Assembly: GCA_947176995.1 (NCBI GenBank)
Contig: CAMWSY010000001.1
Location: 1-56,452 of the forward strand
Origin: an uncultured Porphyromonadaceae bacterium
GTDB taxonomy: Bacteria > Bacteroidota > Bacteroidia > Bacteroidales > Muribaculaceae
DNA: 56,452 nt
Direction: 5' to 3'
Numbering within the stretch: position 1 is the stretch's first letter; every line of letters starts with the position of its first letter. A model generated the notes under the pieces. It ran no database searches, was not told the origin of the DNA, and saw only the letters and a program-made list of their open reading frames with translations. Below are positions 27,894 through 36,170 of this stretch, piece by piece. A program made the translations under genes and the position numbers.

Positions 27894-30800
27894 TGATTAC
27901 AATATATAAAGCCTCCGCAGGGTCGGGTAAGACCTTCACCCTTGCGCTGCGCTACATATCTCTCCTCATCGGTTGGCACGAAAGTGTCACCGGGCGTTGG
28001 CGGCTCAACTCACCGGCCGCACCGCCTCCCGCGCGTCATCGTGCGATTCTGGCGGTGACGTTCACCAACAAGGCCACCGCCGAGATGAAGACCCGCATTG
28101 TCGAGACACTGGCGGCGCTTTCCCACCCCTCATGTCCTCCCGACAATCCCTATATGGAGAAACTCCTCGGGATTATCGCTCCCGCCAAGGTATCCGGGAT
28201 ATCGTTTGCTGCGCGTCGTGCCCTCATGCAGTTGCTTTTTGATTTCGGCTCGTTCAACGTTTCCACGATCGACTCCTTTTTTCAGACAGTGCTCCGCACA
28301 TTCGCCCGCGAGTTGAACCTCCCCGACAACTACCGCATTCAGCTCAATCAGCAGGAAGCCATCGAGAACGCCGTGCGTGATATGCTCGACGTCATCAACA
28401 GCAACTCCCCCTATTTCCCCGATGTGGCCGATGCCGACAGTGTTGGCCGCAAAGAGCGTCTGCGCGAGTGGATACTTGCATTCATGGAGTCGCGCATGTC
28501 CGACGGTAAGGCATTCAACCTTTTCAACCGCTCCACATCCACCTTTGCCGGGATCACAAGGCAGCTTTCACTTCTTTTCAACGAAACCTACAAGCTCCAC
28601 GCCCCCAAGATCGATGCTTGGCTCGATGCCGATTCCGGCACGAGAGTCATAAAGTTGCGCGAGGCCTTGGGCCGGCGCATCGGTCAGCTGCGCCACGACA
28701 TTATAGCCCGCACCGATGCACTCCTCACCTACGTTAGCTCCTTCGGCGACAAAGTCATAAACCGCAATCTCGCTTCAGCCGTAAAGTGCTGGACAAAAGG
28801 AGAGCCGGCGAAGACCGACTCAAAAACAATGATAGCCGTAGCCGCTGGCGACCCCGATGCATGTGTTGCGGCCGCCTACAAAAAAGATACGGCCCTATCA
28901 GGCCGTATCTTGGAAGCATTTACCCGGAATCTCCACGATCAGAAGCAGCTCGCGTCACTCTCCTTCCTTATCCGTCATCTTTATCCCCTCGGGCTTTTCG
29001 GCGAGATGCGCCGTCACCTTGATAAATTCTGTCGCGAGGAAAACATGGTGCTTCAGAGCAATACCAATGATTTTCTGTCGCGCATCATCTCCACCGAGAA
29101 GGAAGCTCCCTTTATCTACGAGCGCCTCGGACTGCGTCTGCAGCACTTTCTTCTCGATGAGTTTCAGGACACATCAGCCATGCAGTGGCGCATCCTGCGT
29201 CCCTTGATTCTCGAGAGTCTGAGTAATGGAAAGGATAACCTCATTATTGGCGACGGGAAGCAGAGCATCTACGGCTTCCGTAATACCGATTACCGGTTGC
29301 TGAACCACATCGTGGCCAAGGAGGTTGGTGAGCGGCATTATCCCATCGACGACCGCGGAAGCGGTCCCGGCGAGAACGTCAACTATCGCTCCTCCCACAC
29401 TATAGTCCGTTTCAACAACGCCCTATTCGACGCCATCCCGGCCGTCTACGACCTCACTCCCGCCGACTCAGGCGTCTCTGTCTACGCCGGCACTGTTCAG
29501 GAGCTTGCCGACAAGACAGCCACCGAGCCCGGCTACGTCGATATTGCGATCCTTGACTTCGACCAATCCGCCGCCGACTCTTCTGGTGAGGATGATGCTC
29601 CCGGATTTAAGGAATTGGGGCTCTCCCGTCTGCTTCAGGGAGTTGTGCGTCAGCTTCGCGCCGGTTACCGCCCCAAGGACATAGCCGTGCTCGTGCGCAA
29701 GCGTTCCGAGGGTGAGGAAGTGGTGAAGCATCTTCTCAGTGCCATGGATACCCCCGGGTGGGAAGGGCTGCCACGCGTTCAGGTCATGTCCTCCGATGCC
29801 ATTCTTGTCGGCGAATCCCCGTTGGTGAAGATGATTGTAGCGCGTATGCGCATGTTGCTCATGCCCGACGCCACGCCCCCTGCCGAGGCTGAGCCATCCA
29901 CCCGTCGTGCCGTGACGCATCGCGATATTACCCGCTTCGTCAGCCGTTTCCACATGCACCTTTTCGTTTCAGGCGAAGATGCCGCAGGTGCGCTTGGCAA
30001 AGCCGTGGGGGAGTGTTCCCCGCGGCTCGCTCAGGAGCTCCCCTATGATGCCGCTTCCGACGACCGCCTGCTATATGCTCCTGCGGCCGGACTCGTCACG
30101 CTGGCCGAGCGCATTGTTCGTGAAGCTGTTGCTGCCGACGCGGGTTCTGCCACAGCCGAGGCCGGGATGCACAGTATCTACATTTCCGCCTTCATGGACA
30201 TGGTCAGCGACTATGCTTCCCACTACGGCAACGACCTGCGCGGATTTCTTGAGTGGTGGGATGCCAACCGTGGTGCCAAGAGCCTTTCAGTACCCGACGA
30301 CGTCGATGCTATCAACGTGCTCACGATTCACAAAGCCAAAGGGCTCGAGTTCCCATGCGTTCATGTCCCGTTCCTCAGTTTCCGCATGACCGAGACCTCC
30401 ACAGCGTTCAAGCCCTCCTACCGTTGGTATCCCGCAGGCGATATTCCCGGCATTGATCCTGAGCTTGTTCCCCCTTACATCCCCCTTGAAAACAAGACCG
30501 ATCTTGAGTTGATGCCTGAAAGCATAGCCCGGGAGTTCCGTGAATTTATCCGCAGCCAGTATCTCGACAATATAAATCTCCTTTATGTAGCCCTTACCCG
30601 TCCCACCCGCGAGTTGGTGGTGACGGCACAGCTTGGCAAGGATGAGAAGACCGAAACCGTCGGCGACGCCCTTCTCAAAGGCATAAAAGCGGCCGTTTCC
30701 GATACCGCTTTGAAACTTCCCCTCGCCTCGTTGCTTACTCCCGGGGCAACACTCATCATAGGCGAACTGACATCACGCGCAGCATCCTCCGCGACATCTA

Positions 30801-31360
30801 AGTCGGCTACGATGCCCGATTATGTTGTACGCGACAACGATAGCCTGCTCAAGATCACCCGCACAGCCGATCGGTATATCCATGACTTCGCCGATCCGGT
30901 TCTTCGCTACCGTTTTCTCAAGCGTGTGTTGGCCGAGACCCGCAGTGCCGCCTCACTCCCTGTAGTGCTCCGTAGGCAGGCCCACAAATCCCGCCTTGAC
31001 TCCGAGAGTGCCGCACGGTTGCTTGATGCCATCCGTAATGCGATTGACCATACTCCCGAAGCGCCCGGCTGGTTCGACGGCTACACCCGCCTTTTGCTCT
31101 CACCCGAGATATTCGTGGGTAATGTCCCCGACATAAAGCGTTGGCGTCCTGACCGCATCGTCTGGCGTGCCGACGGTTATGTCGACGTCGTTGAGTATTG
31201 TACCTCGGCGCTCGATGATCAGCAGATTGCCAATTTGTGCAGCAAAGTGCGCTCGGTCATGCGCCGTCTCGCCGCAATGGGGCACACAGGCATACGCGGC
31301 TTCCTCTGGAACATCGACACCCCCGCCGCCCTCCGCCTCACCCTCCCCTCCAACACGTGA
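27893..31360 (+). CDS. UvrD/AddA-like helicase with C-terminal PD-(D/E)XK-like nuclease region
   Basis: Walker A ASAGSGKTFTL at the N-terminus, LLDEFQDTS motif, 1155 aa. C-terminal RPDRIVW...VDVVEYCTS resembles a RecB-type nuclease motif. Confidence 0.8.
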   Translation: MITIYKASAGSGKTFTLALRYISLLIGWHESVTGRWRLNSPAAPPPARHRAILAVTFTNKATAEMKTRIVETLAALSHPSCPPDNPYMEKLLGIIAPAKVSGISFAARRALMQLLFDFGSFNVSTIDSFFQTVLRTFARELNLPDNYRIQLNQQEAIENAVRDMLDVINSNSPYFPDVADADSVGRKERLREWILAFMESRMSDGKAFNLFNRSTSTFAGITRQLSLLFNETYKLHAPKIDAWLDADSGTRVIKLREALGRRIGQLRHDIIARTDALLTYVSSFGDKVINRNLASAVKCWTKGEPAKTDSKTMIAVAAGDPDACVAAAYKKDTALSGRILEAFTRNLHDQKQLASLSFLIRHLYPLGLFGEMRRHLDKFCREENMVLQSNTNDFLSRIISTEKEAPFIYERLGLRLQHFLLDEFQDTSAMQWRILRPLILESLSNGKDNLIIGDGKQSIYGFRNTDYRLLNHIVAKEVGERHYPIDDRGSGPGENVNYRSSHTIVRFNNALFDAIPAVYDLTPADSGVSVYAGTVQELADKTATEPGYVDIAILDFDQSAADSSGEDDAPGFKELGLSRLLQGVVRQLRAGYRPKDIAVLVRKRSEGEEVVKHLLSAMDTPGWEGLPRVQVMSSDAILVGESPLVKMIVARMRMLLMPDATPPAEAEPSTRRAVTHRDITRFVSRFHMHLFVSGEDAAGALGKAVGECSPRLAQELPYDAASDDRLLYAPAAGLVTLAERIVREAVAADAGSATAEAGMHSIYISAFMDMVSDYASHYGNDLRGFLEWWDANRGAKSLSVPDDVDAINVLTIHKAKGLEFPCVHVPFLSFRMTETSTAFKPSYRWYPAGDIPGIDPELVPPYIPLENKTDLELMPESIAREFREFIRSQYLDNINLLYVALTRPTRELVVTAQLGKDEKTETVGDALLKGIKAAVSDTALKLPLASLLTPGATLIIGELTSRAASSATSKSATMPDYVVRDNDSLLKITRTADRYIHDFADPVLRYRFLKRVLAETRSAASLPVVLRRQAHKSRLDSESAARLLDAIRNAIDHTPEAPGWFDGYTRLLLSPEIFVGNVPDIKRWRPDRIVWRADGYVDVVEYCTSALDDQQIANLCSKVRSVMRRLAAMGHTGIRGFLWNIDTPAALRLTLPSNT

Positions 31361-31397
31361 CACTCTCCACTCTCCGAGTGCTCTGAGTTCTCATGTA

Positions 31398-32810
31398 TCA
31401 CATCCCTTCTATCCTCCTGTCACGTCGTCGCAAAAACGACAGAAACGTGTCCATTAGGTCTCTTATGGCGATTGTAGCGTTCTCCACCTGCGCCGCATAC
31501 CGTTCAGCGCCCGCGCCACCACCGGGGTCTTGCCCCATGAGCACATCGCTTACCCCCGACACATCGCGGAACATCTGCATCTCCAGTTTCAGCAGATCCT
31601 TCGCCCCGATGTCGCCCACCGACGGGTTAAGCTGACGAGGCGGTTCGTCGCCCGGGCGGAACTTATAGGGGATGATACCGTCGGTCGCGCTCCATGCCTT
31701 TGCCACGTGAGTCAGCTCCATCCCCTCGGCGAGGCAGTCAACCGGAAACAGCAGAGCGCCTTTTGCCGAGCTTGCCATGATACGGTCGATCAGATTCACG
31801 AGGCGGTTCACATATTTCTGTTGGTCGATCACATCCTCCACCAGCGAGTGGACTTCGCCATCCACGAGCGGATAGAGCTTCATCACAAACGGGCATTCCT
31901 CGCCGCTCCCTTTCAGCTCCCTTCTCAGCACGGTTCCGTCGCCCAAGAGCCACTCACCGTGCCACCGCCGTTCTGTCACGATGCGGGTTTTCATCACATC
32001 GCGTCCCTCCTTGGTGCGCCGGGCATTTTCCCGGTTTATTGCTGTCATTTCCTCCGGCAGCCGCTCGCTGTAAGTGCCGGTTTCCATGTCATGGCATCTC
32101 ACGATCTCAGTCGGTTCTGCGCCCCACACCTCTATCACCCTCACCTTCCCATCCTCATCCGAGCAATTGAAATCCGGCTCATCCTCTGCGCCGCCGGTCA
32201 TTCTGCCTCCGTTTCCCGTCATCATCCCGCGGCATTTCTCACGCAGTTCCGATCTTCTCAATCGGTTTCCATTGCCAAATTCCATCACCACCTCCTCAGG
32301 TGTCAGGTCATGGAGCATACCCGCAAGCCTTATGTCGCGGCCTCGTGGATCGCGTGGCATCGACAGGAAGAAACGCGACAGCGGCACATTATGGACCGTC
32401 ACACCCTCCTCATCATCTCCCGGCCAGCGGCCTAACCGCTGAATTGCCGCCCCCGATATGAGAAACTCCTCAAGCAGGCGGCAGTCCAGTTCGTCAAGCT
32501 CATTGTCAATGTGCATTCGTGCAAGTTTCTGGCTGATTGTTCCCGGCTTGTCGGCCATCTTCTGGCGGTACACTCTGAACCGCCCCACGACGCATTTTAC
32601 AAGTTGCCGTATCATGTTGTTTGTCAGCGGCGGGCGTCCGTCCCGTGAGAGTATCTCCCTCTCCGTCGTTACTTTCCCTGTGTCAGGATCTCTCACCCGG
32701 TCATCCCATTGCCGTCCGTAGGTGAAACGCTTGTAGCGTTCGCGGCGGCTTCGCAGTTCACCACACGCCATCCACGCATCCGCCCCTCTTTCCATCAGTG
32801 TCCTCATCAC
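31398..32810 (-). CDS. Phage portal-like protein
   Basis: 470 aa. N-terminal RYKRFTYGRQWDD-type motif and overall pattern resemble podovirus-type portal/connector proteins (recognised from memory, no search). Sits in a capsid-gene context. Confidence 0.6.
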   Translation of the reverse strand: MMRTLMERGADAWMACGELRSRRERYKRFTYGRQWDDRVRDPDTGKVTTEREILSRDGRPPLTNNMIRQLVKCVVGRFRVYRQKMADKPGTISQKLARMHIDNELDELDCRLLEEFLISGAAIQRLGRWPGDDEEGVTVHNVPLSRFFLSMPRDPRGRDIRLAGMLHDLTPEEVVMEFGNGNRLRRSELREKCRGMMTGNGGRMTGGAEDEPDFNCSDEDGKVRVIEVWGAEPTEIVRCHDMETGTYSERLPEEMTAINRENARRTKEGRDVMKTRIVTERRWHGEWLLGDGTVLRRELKGSGEECPFVMKLYPLVDGEVHSLVEDVIDQQKYVNRLVNLIDRIMASSAKGALLFPVDCLAEGMELTHVAKAWSATDGIIPYKFRPGDEPPRQLNPSVGDIGAKDLLKLEMQMFRDVSGVSDVLMGQDPGGGAGAERYAAQVENATIAIRDLMDTFLSFLRRRDRRIEGM

Positions 32811-32847
32811 TCCATCTCACTTTATTTAATTCTTATCCACAACATCT

Positions 32848-32941
32848 CCGGCCGGAGGCCGGACATTTCCGTTAACCGCGGGCGTTTACGCCCGTGGACA
32901 GCTAACCATTCCACCCGTAATCGTCCCCGGCGGGGACGCAC
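32848..32941 (+). repeat. REP family A, copy 1 (three-hairpin unit)
   Basis: ccggcc-gga-ggccgg, gcgggcg-ttta-cgcccgt, cgtcccc-ggc-ggggacg. Near-identical units at 35693, 35897 and 53061. Confidence 0.8.
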
Positions 32942-32955
32942 AAAAAAATGTAAAC

Positions 32956-33498
32956 TTATTGCGCCCCTTTCCACCTTCCCATCGTCACCAATAATCCGCT
33001 GTCCATCGTGAAACTCTCCCCGTCACCTTCGGTTATCACCCGCAGGCACTCCACATCTTCACCTGCCGGAAAGCATCTTATCCGGTTCGGCTGAAACACC
33101 ACCGCCACCGGCTCTTCCGTACCCGCCTGCGTGTACTCCCAGCGTTGCAGTTCCGCCTCGCGGCTTTCGGGTGTCACGATCATCCCTTCACGTTTCCAGC
33201 CGCTTAGTCTCACCTCCGTGATTCTCCGGCAGCCGGTTGTCGCAGGCAGTTCCACATCCGTTCCGCCACCCGGTGCCGCTTTTGTCGTGCACCTGATGCT
33301 CACATCTTTGGTCTCGAGCATCCCGGCAGGAGCCGTGGCTACGACGTGATGCCACCAGTCCATCATCTCAGCCTCATCGAGAGCATCAGTGTCCGTTCCA
33401 TCCAGTTCCACCGTCACGTCCCCTCTCATGGGCTCCAGCCCACGGCGCAGTCGCCACTGTGCCATGAGCTGGGCTTTTGTGTAAGTAGTTAGCATCAC
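32956..33498 (-). CDS. Hypothetical protein in the head module (possible head-tail adaptor/head completion protein)
   Basis: 180-aa ORF 5 bp downstream of the capsid-like gene. The functional guess rests on position only. Confidence 0.5.
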   Translation of the reverse strand: MMLTTYTKAQLMAQWRLRRGLEPMRGDVTVELDGTDTDALDEAEMMDWWHHVVATAPAGMLETKDVSIRCTTKAAPGGGTDVELPATTGCRRITEVRLSGWKREGMIVTPESREAELQRWEYTQAGTEEPVAVVFQPNRIRCFPAGEDVECLRVITEGDGESFTMDSGLLVTMGRWKGAQ

Positions 33499-33503
33499 TC
33501 ACC

Positions 33504-34901
33504 TCATTTCTTAATGATGCGCATGTGAGCCGACGGGTATCGGAGCACAAGGCAGCTTGCCTCGGTTATCACCACAGCGTCAGTGTTGCGCTGTCCGCTC
33601 TTGCGCAGATTCAGTCGTTCGGTGCTGAAAGGAATGTGAGCGTACTTTGTGATGTATTCCGGATCGATCACAAGGCCGTCGGCACCGTGACCACACTGGT
33701 CAAACACTTCGCTCATCACCACATAGAGCGTTCCGAACTTTGTGCGTATCTCCGTGAAGTCCAGTCCCCATTTTGTCACGTTGTTCTGACCCGTCACCAC
33801 ATGCTGGTGGTCCATCGAGTTCAGGGCTGCAATCAGTTCGCTTCCTCCCACAAGGATTTTCTTCGACGAGCCGCCGTTGCCGGTGAAAGCCTCGCGGGTG
33901 ATCTCCACAAGAGTCTCGTGATCCATAGTGGAGTATTCCGTTTCCTTACCCGCTTGGTTCCATATACCACCCGTGAGCATCACCTCCTCCTGCTTGTAGG
34001 GATCGGTCAGGCGCATACGGCTGCCGAAAAGAAAACTTTTCTCCATGCCGAGGCGCATATCCACGATTGCCGATTCCTCTTGGTCGCTCAGCGTCCATCC
34101 AACCTCCTTGTCCGAGAGTTTCAGGAGCGTACTTTGCTCAATTTGAGCCTTAAATATTTGGCACAGATTGTAATCCTTGGTCGGAATGGCCTCATATTGT
34201 GCGGTCTGAACATCCAGTTCGGCGGCTGCGCGTCCCATTCTCACTATCTCCGTTCCCGCCGCCAGCGACGGCACGGCAAGCGATCCCCCCAGATAGTGAT
34301 TCACCGACATCACCGAGATATTTGCCGAGTCAGTCCCCGCCACATAGAGCACGAGACTTCCGTTGGGCTTCCCTTTGGCGTCCAAGGCCTTCACACTTGG
34401 CACAAGCACCGTGTCCGAGATAGAGAAACGAGCCGGATTCTCCACTTTCACCGACACCACACCCGTGTCAGCCTCCGATGCGGCAGCCACCTTGTCCGTC
34501 ATCGGCTTGTTGTCCACCGAATAGTAGTCAGCCTTCATGCTTCCGATGACGCGGCAGCCGCCCCAGCGCGAAATCTGATCGATAGGAGTAGCCATCGGAC
34601 GTATCTTCACCACACGGCGGTCTACAGCCGATCTGAGCAGTTCACCCGACGCTTCACGCGTGTTTGTCACCGTCAGCGGAGCGCCGTCAACACCGGCACC
34701 ACCAGCCATACCCGCGAGCACCACAGCCATAGTTACCCCTGTGCCGCCGTCATCGCTACCACCGAGCAGGAAATAGGCCAGCATAGCCACGAAACCAGCC
34801 ACCGTGATCGGCCCGTTATGCTTGCGCATAGCTTCGATCATCTTCACTGCCACCACCTTGAGCACCTTCAGTGCTACCTTCACAATCTTCTTGAAATTCA
34901 T
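33504..34901 (-). CDS. Phage major capsid-like protein (HK97-fold type suspected) with hydrophobic N-terminal extension
   Basis: 465 aa. From about aa 95 the sequence reads like a tailed-phage major capsid protein (from memory). Flanked by scaffold-like and portal-like genes. Confidence 0.6.
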   Translation of the reverse strand: MNFKKIVKVALKVLKVVAVKMIEAMRKHNGPITVAGFVAMLAYFLLGGSDDGGTGVTMAVVLAGMAGGAGVDGAPLTVTNTREASGELLRSAVDRRVVKIRPMATPIDQISRWGGCRVIGSMKADYYSVDNKPMTDKVAAASEADTGVVSVKVENPARFSISDTVLVPSVKALDAKGKPNGSLVLYVAGTDSANISVMSVNHYLGGSLAVPSLAAGTEIVRMGRAAAELDVQTAQYEAIPTKDYNLCQIFKAQIEQSTLLKLSDKEVGWTLSDQEESAIVDMRLGMEKSFLFGSRMRLTDPYKQEEVMLTGGIWNQAGKETEYSTMDHETLVEITREAFTGNGGSSKKILVGGSELIAALNSMDHQHVVTGQNNVTKWGLDFTEIRTKFGTLYVVMSEVFDQCGHGADGLVIDPEYITKYAHIPFSTERLNLRKSGQRNTDAVVITEASCLVLRYPSAHMRIIKK

Positions 34902-34960
34902 AGTATTAATCTGTTATTAAGTTGGTTATTAAATCTGATAATTTGCATCTTGTTTCTTTT

Positions 34961-35066
34961 GCCCGTGAAACGGGCTCAACAATTGCCAGCCCCGGGTGAC
35001 CGAAGGGAACCCGGGGTAAGGAGTTACCTTGGTTGAGCTGCGGAGCTGCGAAACAACTCCGTCTTT
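34961..35066 (+). repeat. Structured repeat motif D, copy 2 (between scaffold-like and capsid-like genes, opposite strand)
   Basis: gcccg-tgaaa-cgggc (34961-34975), ccccggg-tgaccgaagggaa-cccgggg (34990-35016), gagctgcggagctgcgaaac (35035-35054), hairpin cggag/ctccg (35041-45/35057-61) followed by tcttt. Confidence 0.7.
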
Positions 35067-35182
35067 GTACGCCCGGCCGTCTACGTCAGGAACGTACTAC
35101 CCGTAAATTAGGCAATGCCTGAGACTTGTTCGGTACTATCCTCCTTAACGTCCTGTTCCCATTCTCTGCGACTCTCCCTCTC

Positions 35183-35479
35183 TCACTCCCACACGCTTCT
35201 TCGCATCTCCCGTAAAATCATCACCGCGTCCTCCCCGTCATCATCATCCGCGCACTCGGGGCGTTTCCCGTGTCCCGGACGCTCCATCAGCGCATCCACC
35301 GCCTCATTTCGCCCGCGCAGATACCCGCGGTTCTCCGCATCCCTCACCATCTGTTCCACCATCTCAGGAGTCAGCGCCTCCGTCGGTTCTTCCTCAGCCA
35401 CAGCAGTAGCCGGTGTTTCCGCAGTCACCTCCTGCGGCACTTCGGTGCTCTCGGGCACCAGATCCATTTCGTTTTCCAT
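35183..35479 (-). CDS. Small acidic protein, scaffold-like (first gene of the head module)
   Basis: 98 aa. Glu/Thr/Pro-rich acidic N-terminus, a helical AENRGYLRGRNEAVDAL segment and a DDDDGED tract. Position directly upstream of the capsid-like gene. Confidence 0.5.
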   Translation of the reverse strand: MENEMDLVPESTEVPQEVTAETPATAVAEEEPTEALTPEMVEQMVRDAENRGYLRGRNEAVDALMERPGHGKRPECADDDDGEDAVMILREMRRSVWE

Positions 35480-35518
35480 AGTCGATAAAAAAAGTTTACA
35501 GCGTCGTTATTGACACTG

Positions 35519-35526
35519 CAAACTTA
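35519..35526 (-). promoter_or_regulatory. Candidate -7 promoter box (TAAGTTTG on the minus strand) for the head module
   Basis: The + strand reads caaactta, 40 bp upstream of the ATG at 35479. Confidence 0.45.
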
Positions 35527-35595
35527 CAACCATCCACCTCCCCAAAATGTGTTAAATGACCCTTCCGCTCCCTGTGGGTTGATATTCCTCACTGA

Positions 35596-36075
35596 GAGTA
35601 GGGACGCACGGCCCGTGCGTCCTCTTTCCTCCTTCCCCTTCCGCGTTCTCTGAGTCCTCTGAGTTCTCCGCGTCCTCCTCAAGATAGCCCATCCGGCCGG
35701 AGGCCGGATATTTGGTTAACCGCGGGCGTTTACGCCCGTGGACAGCCGAGCACGACTTACCACTTATCGTCCCCGGAGGGGACGCACCCAAGATTAGCAA
35801 CCTTATTTGAACCGCATTGCACGGCCCGTGCGTCCTCTTTCCTCCTTCCCCTCCGCGTTCTCTGAGTTCTCCGCGTCCTCCTCAAGATAGCCCAATCCGG
35901 CCGGAGGCCGGACATTTGGTTAACCGCGGGCGTTTACGCCCGTGGACAGCCGAGCACGACTTACCACTTATCGTCCCCGGAGGGGACGCACCCAAGATTA
36001 GCAACCTTATTTGAACCGCATTGCACGCCCCGTGGGTCCTCTTTCCTCCTTCCCCTCCGCGTTCTCTGCGTTCTC
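35596..36075 (+). repeat. Tandem array (about 2.3 copies, period 213 then 204 bp) of a composite REP unit (B hairpin + CT-rich spacer + family A)
   Basis: The anchor cacggcccgtgcgtcc (cacgccccgtgggtcc in the third unit) starts at 35607, 35820 and 36024. Unit 1 carries an extra 9 bp (cctctgagt). Confidence 0.85.
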
Positions 36076-36170
36076 CTCAAAATAGCGCCGGAGGCGCGTT
36101 ATTGTGATTAACCTCAGGCGACCGATAGGGAGCCTGAGGAGAAATCCTGAGCCTCGGAGAGGCGACGTTA

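Noticed and set aside
33525-35036. 503-aa + strand ORF antisense to the capsid-like gene, and other long antisense ORFs (5572..7308, 14905..15885, 17149..18120, 23988..25196, 31530..32435, 54761..55654)
   Set aside because: These are shadow ORFs typical of GC-rich coding DNA. Their composition is His/Arg/Val-rich, they have no recognisable motifs, and each fully overlaps a well-supported gene on the other strand.
31381-35668. 12-bp direct repeat ctctgagttctc (31381-31392 and 35657-35668) as att sites of the capsid island
   Set aside because: The word belongs to REP family C and occurs in related form elsewhere (35864-35875, 45973-45985, 19421-19431). It cannot be taken as an integration scar without comparison to an empty site.
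35552-36014. ORFs 35552..35800 (-) and 35817..36014 (+), plus the similar 52920..53165, 53080..53289 and 45577..45834, as genes
   Set aside because: They are translations of the REP family A/B/C units. The same peptide strings (GRLRPWTAE, RTHGPCVPT) appear wherever the repeat occurs.
35596-36075. Tandem repeats as a CRISPR array
   Set aside because: The period is ~204-213 bp with no short repeat/unique spacer alternation, and no cas genes are in the window.
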